NCBI GenBank assembly: GCA_963806225.1
Contig: CAWDXG010000001.1
Span: 1,920,001 to 1,984,000, forward strand
From: an uncultured delta proteobacterium
GTDB lineage: Bacteria > Myxococcota_A > Polyangia > Polyangiales > Polyangiaceae
Direction: 5' to 3'
DNA length: 64,000 nucleotides
The stretch's first letter is position 1; each line of letters begins with the position of its first letter. Positions 10,175-22,991 of this stretch are shown here, piece after piece. Both the position numbers and the translations under genes were made by a program. A model generated the notes under the pieces. The model saw only the letters and a list, made by a program, of their open reading frames with translations. It did no database searches and had not been told where the DNA came from.

Positions 10175-11824
10175 GTGTTGCGGCGCTTCGGGGCATTGCT
10201 GGCTCTGGGCGCGCTGGTGGGATGCCGTGGCCCGGCTGCCGCGCAGGGCGCGGTTCCGTCGGCGAACGCTAGCGCTGGAACCGGTCCCGCCGTCCTACCG
10301 GACCGCGCCGACGTGGTCGCGCAGGCCGACGCGCTGGCGTTGGCGGGCGCCCATCGTTCCGGCGAAAGCGGTGGGCGTCTCGTGATGGAGGCGGCACGGT
10401 TGCGGCGCCGCCTGTGGCGCCTCGAACGCCGTCCCGCGGATGGCCTGGAGGCGGTGGAGCTACTCAGGAACGCCGGGCGCTCTGCGTGGAACGGCGCCTG
10501 CGAAGCCCGGGTCGACCGGGCGGTCCTCGAAGGCGAGCTGCACAGCGACCCCGAAGAAACCTATCGCGCGGTGTATCTCGTCCGCGCCGGGACCCACGAG
10601 CCCGCATGCGAACGGCACGCCGATGCCGTGCTCGGAACGCTCGCCGCGTTCAAGCCGCTGCCCAACGTCCTGGCATCGCTCGACCGGCAGGCAGCCGAGG
10701 AGCGGGGCACCGCGCCCCGGGCGTCGGCGAGCGCTGCGACTGCCGACGGCAACGGACCGGTCGTGGTGCCGACGCTCTCCGCGTCGGCACTCCGGAAGCC
10801 GACCCGCATCACGCGCATCGAGCGCTACGGGGCGAAGGACGCTGCGCGCGTCGTCGTGTTCGTGACGCACCCGACGACGTTCGCGGTCGGCTCGATACCC
10901 CCACAGGGCCAACACCGCGGACCACGGCTCTACATCGACATCCACAACGCCAGCTACCACGGCAAGCGCGAACTCGCCGTGGGAGGCCTGGTCGGGCGCG
11001 TCCGCCTGGGCCAGCACAAGCAGGACACGCGCGTCGTGCTGGACCTGGACGCCAAGGTCTACCGCAAGGTCTTCTACCTGCCCGAGCCGTTCCGGCTGGT
11101 GGTCGACGTGTCCCGCGAGCCGCCCGCGGAGATGGGGAAACAGCATGGGCCGCGCAGCGTGCACCGCGTGGTGCTCGACCCGGGCCATGGCGGTCACGAC
11201 CCCGGTGCTATCGGTCCGAGCGGCCTGCGCGAGAAAGACGTGACACTCGATATTGCGCACCGTGCTGCGCCCCTGATCGCGCGCGAGCTCGGTATCGCCA
11301 CGCTCCTGACGCGCGACTCCGATGACTACGTGCCGCTCGATGAACGGACGGCGCGTGCCAACGCCTTCCAGGCCGATCTCTTCGTGTCGATCCACTGCAA
11401 CGCGAGCGAGAACACCGACAGCCGCGGCGTGATGACCTTCGTCCTCGACGAGTCCCGGGACGTGTTGGCTTCGCACGTCGCTGCCCGCGAGAACTCGGCG
11501 TCACCGGCCGCCGCCGCCGAGCTGGCCAACGTGATCAGCCACGCGCTCGACGCCGGGAGCGTGGCGCGCTCGGTGCGTTTCGCAGAGCTCCTGCAACGTT
11601 CGGCCATGGCGTCGCTGTCGCCGGGCTACGGCGGGATCGCAGACCAGGGCGTGAAGCGCGCGGGCTTCTACGTCCTCGCCGGCGCACGGATGCCCGCCGT
11701 GTTGTTCGAGACGACCTTCATCTCGAATCCGACCGGCGAGGCGCACTTGAACACGGCGGACTACCGGCAGAAGGTCGCCGACGCCATCGTCAATGCGATC
11801 CGGGCCTACCGCGAAGGGCGTTGA
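10175..11824 (+). CDS. N-acetylmuramoyl-L-alanine amidase (Amidase_3, AMIN domain), probable lipoprotein; start uncertain
   Basis: Zn-ligand motifs VVLDPGHGGHDPG, EKDVTL, FVSIHCNA, VLFET; lipobox-like LVGC after a hydrophobic stretch; AMIN-like 'RVVLDL..YRKVFYLPEPFRLVVDV'. Confidence 0.9.
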   Translation: MLRRFGALLALGALVGCRGPAAAQGAVPSANASAGTGPAVLPDRADVVAQADALALAGAHRSGESGGRLVMEAARLRRRLWRLERRPADGLEAVELLRNAGRSAWNGACEARVDRAVLEGELHSDPEETYRAVYLVRAGTHEPACERHADAVLGTLAAFKPLPNVLASLDRQAAEERGTAPRASASAATADGNGPVVVPTLSASALRKPTRITRIERYGAKDAARVVVFVTHPTTFAVGSIPPQGQHRGPRLYIDIHNASYHGKRELAVGGLVGRVRLGQHKQDTRVVLDLDAKVYRKVFYLPEPFRLVVDVSREPPAEMGKQHGPRSVHRVVLDPGHGGHDPGAIGPSGLREKDVTLDIAHRAAPLIARELGIATLLTRDSDDYVPLDERTARANAFQADLFVSIHCNASENTDSRGVMTFVLDESRDVLASHVAARENSASPAAAAELANVISHALDAGSVARSVRFAELLQRSAMASLSPGYGGIADQGVKRAGFYVLAGARMPAVLFETTFISNPTGEAHLNTADYRQKVADAIVNAIRAYREGR

Positions 11825-11842
11825 GGCGGGCGCACCGGCGAC

Positions 11843-12722
11843 TCAGACCGCGCGGCGCCCGACGAAACGGCCGTCCAGCAGCACGAAGCGCGTCGGGGCG
11901 TCCGGGTCCTCCGGGGCGGGAGCGGGCTCGGGATAGAGCGGATCGCCCGGCAGCGCGAGGACCGCCTGATCGCCGTCCAGCGTGAAGAAGGGGCAAACGG
12001 GCTCCAGCGGCTGCGCCCGGGCGATCGCGATCGCGGACTCGACGTCCGACGCCGGAAGCAGGATCTGCAGGGTGCGCGACGTGGGCGGCGCCAGGAAGAT
12101 CTCGCCGCGTTCCCAGCGCCCCAGTACCTCGCGTGGAGTGGCCCAGAAGCTAGCGGTCGTCTCGTGGCGGTCGTGCGCCCCGTGCTGGCGACCAGGAAGC
12201 GGCAGGATGTAGAAGCGCGTGTCGTAGCGCCGCGACTCCGCTGCCGGCGTGATCCAGTGAGCGAGCGCCTCGAGGCGGCTGGTGTCGGCCTTGAGCCCGC
12301 GCTCGCGGAGCAGCCCGGCAAACGCGTGGGCCTGGGTCTCGCTGGCCGCTCTCCGTGAAAGCTCGCTCCTGAGCTCCGCGGTCTGTTCCGCGTCGAGCTC
12401 GCCGCCTTCGACGGCCAGGATCGCGGCCTCCTCAAGCAACTCGCGCAGCGCAGCCACCGCGAAGGAACGCGCCGTGGGCTCGTCCTCTGCGAACGAGCGG
12501 GCGCGCGCGGTCAGGTCGGTGGTCAGGTTCCGCCAGTGTTCGCCGCGGTCCGCGACGTCGACCTTTCCGCCTGGAAATACCACCGCACCGCCAAGGAATC
12601 CGGAGCGCGTGTGGCGCTGCACGCAGAAGACCTCCAGCCCGGCCGGCAGTCTCGCGCACCACCGCTACCGTGGCGGCGTCCTTGGGCGTTACGGGCTCGC
12701 GCTCGGGGTCGAATTGCAACAT
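11843..12722 (-). CDS. NUDIX hydrolase (NUDT19-like), one frameshift near 12650
   Basis: 'PKDAATVAVVR' continues into 'VFPGGKVD...AALRELLEE', 'HWITP...RRYDTRFY', 'LAPPT'. Confidence 0.85.
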
Positions 12723-12921
12723 GGCCGGATGGTAGGACACCCCGGTCCGGGTGGCCCGTGGAAGGCCCGCTGGCCTGGAAAACGGCAATTTCCGGGAGGA
12801 CCGGCCCATTTCCGCCCTCGCGCTCCGGGCCGGGCAGTGGTAGTGAGGCCGGCCGCCGAGACGCCGCGGCAAGGGGTCCGAGGAGAGGGCCGGGAGGCGT
12901 CAGTCAACCTTTCCGCGCACA

Positions 12922-12950
12922 TTGACGAGCTGGAAAACGCTCCCTATGTT
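12922..12950 (+). promoter_or_regulatory. Putative sigma-70 promoter of dksA
   Basis: TTGACG-17 nt-TATGTT; the -10 ends 46 nt upstream of the ATG. Confidence 0.6.
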
Positions 12951-12996
12951 TTGGGGCTCCCGCCACAGAGGGGCGGGGTCTTTTCGCGAGCCAACC

Positions 12997-13355
12997 ATGA
13001 CCAAGGCACAGCTGAAGAAGTTCCGGGAGCTACTCGAGTCCAAGCGCATGGAGATCATCAGGCGCGCTCAGCAGACGCTCGACGAGGACATGGCGCTGGA
13101 CTCGAACGACCTGCCGGACGAAATGGATCTCGCTTCGAGCGAATACCTGCAGTCTTTCACGTTCCGCCTGCGCGGGCGCGAGAAGGTCTTCCTGGACAAG
13201 ATCCAGAAGGCGATCGACAAGATCGACCAGGGCACGTTCGGCGTGTGCGACGACTGCGGCGAGAAGATCTCGCTCAAGCGTCTCGAGGCCCGCCCCGAAA
13301 CGACGCTCTGCATCCGCTGCAAGGAGGACCAGGAGCGCGTCGAGAAGGACTTCGG

Positions 13356-13359
<4 letters not shown>
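12997..13359 (+). CDS. dksA: DksA/TraR C4-type zinc-finger RNA polymerase-binding protein
   Basis: Coiled-coil tip DEMDLAS (DxxDxA); zinc finger [25 protein letters not shown]. Confidence 0.9.
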
Positions 13360-16268
<2,909 letters not shown>

Positions 16269-16375
16269 CTTGGCATAGTCGGCGCGCCCAGTCGTGCACC
16301 GGTCGGCGTCAGGCCGGCGCGCGGGCCGGGCAGTCCGAACTTGGCCGACGCTTCCGGAACGCGCATAACCCAGGG

Positions 16376-17558
16376 GTGCGCCGGCCGGAGCGTGAGGCGA
16401 GCCCGCGGCCGGGCCCCGCCCCCCCTACGAGCGCGGCAGGGAAGCGGGGGGGAGGCCCGCGTCGGCGGAAAGTGGGGATCACGGGGTGGTTCCTGGGCGG
16501 GGTGCTGCTCGGATTGTTGGCCGCGTTGATAGCGGAGCCCGGCCCGGCGGCGGAGCCAGTCGGATATGTGCGGAAGTCCGCACCCAGTCCATCGGGCACG
16601 GTCCTGGCGCGCTCGACCGCCGTCCTGCAAGGCGATCCGTCAGAGCGGGACGCGACGGCGCCTGAAGGCGCCCCGCAGTCGCTCGAGAGCCTGGCCCCCA
16701 CGCCGTCGGCGCCGGATCTCCCGGCGGCCGCGTGGGATGCCGGGCCAGCCCTGGCCGAGGCCGGTCCGGGGCCGGCGCAGGCGTCCGGGAACGCCCCGTG
16801 GTCGCATCCGGATCCGGACAGCACCAGCGCGTGTCCGGCCGGGATGCTGCTCGTGCAGGGCGACTGGTGCCCGTACCTGACCGAGCGCTGCGTCGACTGG
16901 ATCGACCAGAAGCGTGATCGCTGCCGCCGCTACGCGAAACCGACGGTCTGCCACGGCCGGCGCGATCTCACAAGCGCTTCTGCATCGATCGCTACGAATA
17001 TCCGAACGAAAAGGGCGTGCTGCCGGCCGTGATGGTCGAGCTGGCTCGAGGCCAGGGACGCCTGCAAGGCGGAGGGCAAGCGGCTTTGCACGGAGGACGA
17101 GTGGACCTTCGCGTGCGAAGGGACCGAAGAGCTTGCCGTATCCGTACGGATACGTGCGCGAATCCGGCAAGCCTGCAACATCGACCGACCGACTGCTGAC
17201 CCCGGATTTCAAGGCCTTCACCGAGGATCGGATCGTGGCGGACGAGGTATTCAGGCTCGATCAGCGCGTGCCGAGCGGCTCGATGGACCGCTGCGTGAGC
17301 CCCTTCGGTGTCCACGACATGACCGGCAACGTGGACGAATGGGTCGTCAACGAGTAACGGGCAGAGCCCCACCGCTCCGGGCTGAAAGGCGGCTATTTCG
17401 GCAAGATCCGCGCCCGTTGCCGTCCCATGACCACCGATCACAACGAGTGGTTCCGCTTCTACCAGGCCGGGTTCCGCTGCTGCAGCGCCGCGCGGCCCGC
17501 GCCGGCTGCCCGTGTTGCCCCCGGCGTGCCGGCCGCTGCGAGCCCGGTGTTGCCCTGA
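16376..17558 (+). CDS. Formylglycine-generating-enzyme (SUMF1/FGE-sulfatase) family secreted or membrane protein; frameshifted; start uncertain
   Basis: '[10 protein letters not shown]', '[10 protein letters not shown]', '[16 protein letters not shown]', '[16 protein letters not shown]', 'GLKGGYF', 'GFRCC' across frames. Confidence 0.75.
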
Positions 17559-17718
17559 CAGGCCGGTTCGACTACGTTTCCCGGCGTGGAGCCAGCGTTC
17601 GCCAGCACTGGGGTGGGCAGTTTCCCCCGACGCGGCGATGGTTGTGCCCCAATGCGCCAGTGGTCCTATGCTGACCTTGCGCGAGCCTGTCGGCTTGTGC
17701 AAGCAAGCTCGTCTGCCA

Positions 17719-17792
17719 GGGCCCATAGCTCAATCGGTCAGAGCCCCCGGCTCATAACCGGGTTGTTCCTGGTTCGAACCCAGGTGGGCCCA
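17719..17792 (+). tRNA. tRNA with CAU anticodon, most likely tRNA-Ile2 (lysidine); CCA not encoded
   Basis: Cloverleaf GGGCCCA/TGGGCCC acceptor, CCCGG-CTCATAA-CCGGG anticodon arm, CCTGG-TTCGAAC-CCAGG T arm. C4:G69 and C5:G68 are TilS determinants; the paired G1:C72 and lack of the GGG/CCC anticodon-stem signature argue against the initiator tRNA. Confidence 0.9.
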
Positions 17793-17902
17793 CTCGCGCC
17801 AAGCCCCCGACACGCCGCATGCCCGGCGCCCGCATCCGCCCGGGCGTCCGGTGCTGGCCAGATAGCGCCATCCGCGGCAAGGAGCCGAGCCCCGCAGTGA
17901 AC

Positions 17903-18658
17903 ATGCAACCCCAGATAGAAGCCCTCGAAGCCCTTGCCGCAGTCGACGCGGATCTGAAGGAGCTGAACGAAGAGCTCGACCGCGAACGCGAAACCCTGGC
18001 TGGGCAAGCAGATCCCACCTCGACGAGCTGGACGAGAGCCTGTCGCGAGCTCACCAGAGCATCGAGGACATGGAGCGGATGCGTAACGAGCTCATGCAGG
18101 AAGTCCGCCAGATGAGCCTGCAGGTCGAGAAGTCGCGCGAGAAGCTTTCGCGCTGCCGCACCGAGCGCGAGGCCAACGCCGCGCAGCGCGAGGTCGAAGA
18201 GACTCCGCAAGCTCTACCGCGATCGCGAGGTCGAGATCGAGAAGCTCGTCGGACTCATCGACCAGGCCCGCGGCGACATCGAGAAAACCCAGACCGAGCA
18301 CGACGAGCTCGCCGACGAGCTGGGCAAGAGCCAGAGCTCGGTGGAAAGCCATCTGGGCGAAGTCGAGCAGCGCGCCAAGGCGAAGCAGGACGAACGCAAG
18401 CAGTACGTCGCCAAGGTGAAGCCGCAGCTCTATCGTCGCTACGAGCTGGTACGCAAGCGCAAGGGGACGGCGATCGCCTACGCGAGCGACGGTACCTGCA
18501 GCGCGTGCCACATGCTGCTGCCGCCAATGCTGTTCCAGCAGCTCAGGCGCGGCGAGGATTTCGGTCAGTGTCCGAGCTGCAACCGGATCCTCTACTTCCG
18601 CGCCGATCCCCCAGCTGCCGAGAGCAGCCAGGCGGACAGCCAGTCGAGTGGGCCTTGA
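17903..18658 (+). CDS. Coiled-coil + C4 zinc-ribbon protein (DUF164/zf-RING_7 family), frameshifted
   Basis: 'MQPQIEALEALAAVD', long coiled coil, 'CSACHMLLPP...CPSCNRILY'; frameshifts near 18015 and 18200. Confidence 0.85.
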
Positions 18659-18712
18659 GGAGTCGGGAGAGCAGCGCCCGCGTGCTAGCTCTCCCCCTGG
18701 GGGGACTCGTAG

Positions 18713-20044
18713 ATGAAGGCATGTCCTGTCTGCGGCCGCCTCTATCCGGCCGATGCCGGCTTCTGCCCGGAGGACGGCCAGCAGCTGTCGAGCGCGACGC
18801 AGGTGCCGGTCGCCAGCGACGACCAGGACGCGCGTATCGGCCAGTTGATGTGCACGCGCTACCAGGTGCGTCGCGTGGTGGCCGACGGCGGCATGGGGCG
18901 CGTCTACGAAGCGCTCGACATGTCGGAGCGTCGCAACGTGGCGCTCAAGATCCTGCATCCCGACGTCGCGACCGATCCGGTGGCCCTCGAGCGCTTCAAG
19001 CGCGAGTTCGAGGTGAGCAAGCAGCTGCCGCACGAGCACATCGTGGACGTGCTCGACTTCCAGCCGACCCACGACGGTAGCTACGCGCTGGTGATGGAGT
19101 TCCTCTACGGCGAGGAGCTCCGCGCCACGCTGAAGCGCGAATCGGTGCTGCCGCCCGAACGCGTGGTGCGGATGGTGAGCCAGGTGGCGATCGGCCTCGA
19201 CGGTGCCCACTCGCGCAAGCTGGTGCACCGCGATCTGAAGCCCGACAACATCTTCCTCTGCCAGACGCGCGAGGGCGACATCGTCAAGCTGCTCGACTTC
19301 GGATCGGTGAAGGACAAGGGCGAGACGGCGAAGAAGCTGACGGTGATGGGGACGACGATCGGGTCGCCGTTCTACATGGCACCGGAGCAGGCGCAGGGCC
19401 TCGAGACGCTCGATCACCGTGCGGACGTCTGGGCGCTGGCCGCCATCGCCTACGAGTGTGTGACCGGTCAGGTGCCGTTCAAGGGCAACAACGGTCCGAG
19501 CATCCTGCTCGAGATCCTGACCAAGGAGCCGGCGCCGCCCAGCCAGGCCGGCGCGGGCCAGAAGTATCCCGTTCCACCCACGCTTGACCACGTGATGACG
19601 CATGCGCTCAAGAAGGCAGCGGCGACCCGCATCGGTTCGGTCGGCGCGCTGGCCGACGCGCTCGGCGCGGCGTACGGGCTGACGGGCAGCCACCTGGAAT
19701 GGGCGCACACCACGCAGGCCGAGCTCGGTGCGGCGATCCAGGCGCGGCTGCCGGAGATGATGCAGGCCAAGCCGGCCGCGCCCACCGACGGCGTTTCGGA
19801 TTCCTTCTTCGGCGAGTCGGCTGCGCTGGACGCGCTCGGCGATCCGTTCGGCACGCCCGGACCCGCGGCGGCCCAGGCGGCCTATCCGCAGCCGTACGCG
19901 GATCCGATGCAGGCCTATGCCAATCCGATGGACGGCGCGCCGGCCGGCTTGCCGAAGCGCGGCCTGGGCTGGATGGTGTTCGCGCTGGTCGGCACAGTCG
20001 CGTTGGTGCTCGGAGTCGTGATCGTGCTGATCGTCATGCACTGA
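18713..20044 (+). CDS. Hanks-type Ser/Thr protein kinase with N-terminal zinc ribbon and C-terminal TM anchor
   Basis: CPVC..FCPEDG; DGGMGRVY, VALK, HRDLKPDN, DFG, GSPFYMAPE, DVWAL; C-terminal hydrophobic helix. Confidence 0.95.
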   Translation: MKACPVCGRLYPADAGFCPEDGQQLSSATQVPVASDDQDARIGQLMCTRYQVRRVVADGGMGRVYEALDMSERRNVALKILHPDVATDPVALERFKREFEVSKQLPHEHIVDVLDFQPTHDGSYALVMEFLYGEELRATLKRESVLPPERVVRMVSQVAIGLDGAHSRKLVHRDLKPDNIFLCQTREGDIVKLLDFGSVKDKGETAKKLTVMGTTIGSPFYMAPEQAQGLETLDHRADVWALAAIAYECVTGQVPFKGNNGPSILLEILTKEPAPPSQAGAGQKYPVPPTLDHVMTHALKKAAATRIGSVGALADALGAAYGLTGSHLEWAHTTQAELGAAIQARLPEMMQAKPAAPTDGVSDSFFGESAALDALGDPFGTPGPAAAQAAYPQPYADPMQAYANPMDGAPAGLPKRGLGWMVFALVGTVALVLGVVIVLIVMH

Positions 20045-20090
20045 GGCCGTCCCTGGTGGCGTCCCACGGCGTGTGGTATCCGTCCCGCGC

Positions 20091-20639
20091 ATGGAAACTG
20101 CGCGCTCGATCGTCCACCCGGCGCCGCGCGGGCCGCGGGCTGCTCGTCAGTTCGTGGTGCTCGCGGTAGTCCCGCTCGTCGTCGCCGTCGGCTGCAAGAA
20201 AAAAAGCAGCCCGGACGCGACGGCCGAGCCCGCGGCGTCGGCAGCGGGCGCGTCCAGCGGCGCTGCGCTGGCGGGCAAGCCCGCCAGCGAGTTCAAGGAT
20301 GCGCGCTTCCAGTTGCAGATCCAGCCGAAGGGCAGCTACAAGGCGGGGCAGGCCGGGCAGGTCCAGATCGTGCTTTCGGCGAACGCGCCGTTCCACTGCA
20401 ACGACAAGTACCCCTACAAGTTCAAGCTGAAGGACTCGGAGGGCGTGAAGTACGCGGACAAGATCGTCAAGAAGGACGCCGTCCAGCTCGAGAAGCACCG
20501 GGCCACGATGACCGTCGACTTCACGCCGGAGTCCACAGGCAAGAAGACCATCGCCGGCAAGTTCCTGTTCTCGCTATGCTCGGCCGACAAGTGCCTGGTG
20601 GAGCGCCGTGACCTCTCGCTCGACGTGAACGTCGACTAG
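20091..20639 (+). CDS. Hypothetical lipoprotein, Ig-like/DsbD-N-like beta sandwich
   Basis: Lipobox VAVGC; 'FHCNDKYPYKF', 'FSLCSADKCL' Cys pair reminiscent of the DsbD N-terminal domain. Confidence 0.65.
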   Translation: METARSIVHPAPRGPRAARQFVVLAVVPLVVAVGCKKKSSPDATAEPAASAAGASSGAALAGKPASEFKDARFQLQIQPKGSYKAGQAGQVQIVLSANAPFHCNDKYPYKFKLKDSEGVKYADKIVKKDAVQLEKHRATMTVDFTPESTGKKTIAGKFLFSLCSADKCLVERRDLSLDVNVD

Positions 20640-20714
20640 ATCCGGCGGTTTCTGCCGTTTGGCCGCGGCTCCGGCTGGCGGTGCCGGTCGTCGCATACGT
20701 GATAGGCTTCCGCC

Positions 20715-22970
20715 ATGGGTTCTAGCCGGATCCTGGACGAGCTGCGTTCGGTTGCCGAGCAGGTGCAGCGCGAGTTCGAGGACGAGCGTCGCCTATTGTC
20801 GTTCGCGGAGTACGTGGAGCTGTTTGCGTCGGACCCGATCCGGCACTCGCGCGACGCAGCCCGCTACATGCGCGACATGTTCGACCACTACGGCCGGACG
20901 GAGGTGGAGCGTCCCTGGGGCACGATGACGCGCTATGGCCTCTTCGATCTGCCGTTCTTGCCTGCGTCGGATGCGAGTCGCGAGGCGCTCGTCGGTCAGG
21001 AGGCGGTCCAGAGCGAGCTGTATCGCGTGTTGTCGAACTTCGTGCGCGAAGGGCGTCCGAACCGGGTCGTGCTCATGCACGGGCCCAACGGTTCGGCGAA
21101 GAGTACCGCTGCTTCGTGTCTGATGTACGCGCTCGAGCACTACTCCTCGCTGGACGAGGGAGCGCTCTACCGCTTCCACTGGGTCTTCCCGAACCAGGCC
21201 AAGCTCCGCGGCTCCATTGGCTTCACGGGCGGGCGGCGCCCCGGCCGGAGCGACGATGGCAGCTATGCCCACCTGCCCGACGACCAGATCGACGCGCGCC
21301 TGTTCATGGAGGTCCGCGACCACCCGCTGTTCCTGATCCCGGCGCGGGAGCGCGCAAGCCTGCTGGAGCGCCTGTACGCTGAAGCGGGCATCGAAGAGCC
21401 GCCGCCCGGCTGGATCCTGCGCGGCAGTCTGTCGCACAAGAGCCGTCAGGTGTACGAGGCCCTGCTCGTCAGCTGCGACGGTTCGCTTGCGGAGGTGCTG
21501 CGCCACGTCCAGGTCGAGCGCTACTTCATCTCGCGTCGCTACCGCGTGGGCGCGGTCACGCTCGGTCCGCAGCTGTCCGTGGATGCCGGGGAGCGGCAGC
21601 TCACCGCCGACCGGTCGCTAGGGGCGCTGCCGCCGTCGCTGCAGTCGGTCACGCTCTTCGAGGCGTTCGGCGAGCTGGTCGACGCGGCAGGCGGCATGAT
21701 CGAATTCTCCGACCTGCTCAAGCGGCCGCTGGACGCTTTCAAGTACCTGCAGATAACCGCGGAGACAGGCGAGGTCGCGCTGCGTTCGCAGAACGTGCAG
21801 GTCAACTGCGTGATGCTGGCCAGTGGCAACGAGGTGCACCTCGCGGCTTTCCACGAGCACCCGGAGTTCGAGAGCTTCCGCGGTCGGTTGGAGCTGGTGC
21901 GTTCTCCGTACCTCCTGAGCTGGGTCGACGAGCAGAAGATCTACGACGCACAGATCGCTCCGCAGGTCCGACGCCACGTGGCGCCCCACGCGACCGAGGT
22001 CGCCGCCATGTTCGCGGTGCTTACGCGGATGCGCCGGCCCAAGGAGGACGGATACGGCAAGCCGTTGCGCTCGGTCGTCAGCGAGCTGACGGCCTTCGAG
22101 AAGCTGGATCTCTACGCGCGCGGCGTCGCTCCGCGACGCCTCGACGACGACTCCGCCAAGCTGCTGCGGGCGGCGATCCCCGGGATCTACACCGAGAGCG
22201 AGTCCTACCCGATCTACGAAGGCAGCACGGGCGCAAGTCCGCGCGAGATGCGCACGGTGCTGCTCGATGCCGCCCAGAATCCGCTCTACGCCTGCCTGTC
22301 GCCGTTCGCGGTGCTCGAGGAGCTCGACAAGCTCTGCGAGCGGATCGGCGAGTACGCCTGGCTGACGGAAGAGCGTCTGCCAGGCGGCTATCACGACCAC
22401 TCGCTGTTCCGCCAGCTGTTGCGGGAGCGCCTTCTGGACCTGCTCGAGGACGAGTTCAGAGCGGCAAGCGGACTGGTCGACGAGACCCGCTACAACGAGC
22501 TCTTCGATCGCTACGTCAATCACGTCAGCTACTGGATCAAGGGCGAGAAGCTGCTCAACCCGCTCACCGGGCAGTACGAGGAAGCGAGCGAGCAGCTCAT
22601 GGAAGAGGTCGAAGCGCTGTTGGGGGTGCCCGACAGGCCCGAGCAGCTCCGCCATTCGCTGATCAACCGCGTGGCCGCGTGGGCTATCGACCATCCCGGC
22701 GAGCCGCTCGACAACTCGCGCGTATTCGCACCCCAGCTTGAGCGCATCCGTGCCGCCGTGTTCGCCGACCGCCAGGTCGTGGTGGCACGGCTTTGTCGCG
22801 ACGTCGTGGTGTTGCTGCGCGAGGAAGCAGCGGGCCTGGACGATCAACAACGCAAGGCCGCCCGCGATGTCGTGGACGAGCTGCGACGCCGTTTCGGATA
22901 CGAGGAGGCGTCGGTGAACGACGCCGCCGTGGCGCTTGTGCGCGAGCGTTTCGCCGAGCTCCTGGGCTGA
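20715..22970 (+). CDS. prkA: PrkA/YeaG-family AAA+ serine protein kinase
   Basis: Walker A 'MHGPNGSAKST'; 'GELVDAAGGMIEFSDLLKRP'; 'VAPHATEVAAMFAVLTR'; 'GASPRE'; 'ELFDRYV'. Confidence 0.85.
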   Translation: MGSSRILDELRSVAEQVQREFEDERRLLSFAEYVELFASDPIRHSRDAARYMRDMFDHYGRTEVERPWGTMTRYGLFDLPFLPASDASREALVGQEAVQSELYRVLSNFVREGRPNRVVLMHGPNGSAKSTAASCLMYALEHYSSLDEGALYRFHWVFPNQAKLRGSIGFTGGRRPGRSDDGSYAHLPDDQIDARLFMEVRDHPLFLIPARERASLLERLYAEAGIEEPPPGWILRGSLSHKSRQVYEALLVSCDGSLAEVLRHVQVERYFISRRYRVGAVTLGPQLSVDAGERQLTADRSLGALPPSLQSVTLFEAFGELVDAAGGMIEFSDLLKRPLDAFKYLQITAETGEVALRSQNVQVNCVMLASGNEVHLAAFHEHPEFESFRGRLELVRSPYLLSWVDEQKIYDAQIAPQVRRHVAPHATEVAAMFAVLTRMRRPKEDGYGKPLRSVVSELTAFEKLDLYARGVAPRRLDDDSAKLLRAAIPGIYTESESYPIYEGSTGASPREMRTVLLDAAQNPLYACLSPFAVLEELDKLCERIGEYAWLTEERLPGGYHDHSLFRQLLRERLLDLLEDEFRAASGLVDETRYNELFDRYVNHVSYWIKGEKLLNPLTGQYEEASEQLMEEVEALLGVPDRPEQLRHSLINRVAAWAIDHPGEPLDNSRVFAPQLERIRAAVFADRQVVVARLCRDVVVLLREEAAGLDDQQRKAARDVVDELRRRFGYEEASVNDAAVALVRERFAELLG

Positions 22971-22991
22971 GTCCGGGCCGCGATATCGACC

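Noticed and set aside
16269..16420. LexA/SOS box upstream of uvrA
   Set aside because: No convincing match or palindrome was found by eye
17355..17357. In-frame TAA in the FGE-family gene, suggesting readthrough or recoding
   Set aside because: Removing three inserted bases restores a plausible '[15 protein letters not shown]'; the region is error-rich
17340..17718. FGE/C-type-lectin fold gene as a diversity-generating retroelement target
   Set aside because: No reverse transcriptase and no template repeat with adenine-specific mismatches is visible in the window
17793..18712. Genomic island integrated at the tRNA
   Set aside because: No integrase, no duplicated tRNA 3' end and no obvious compositional shift
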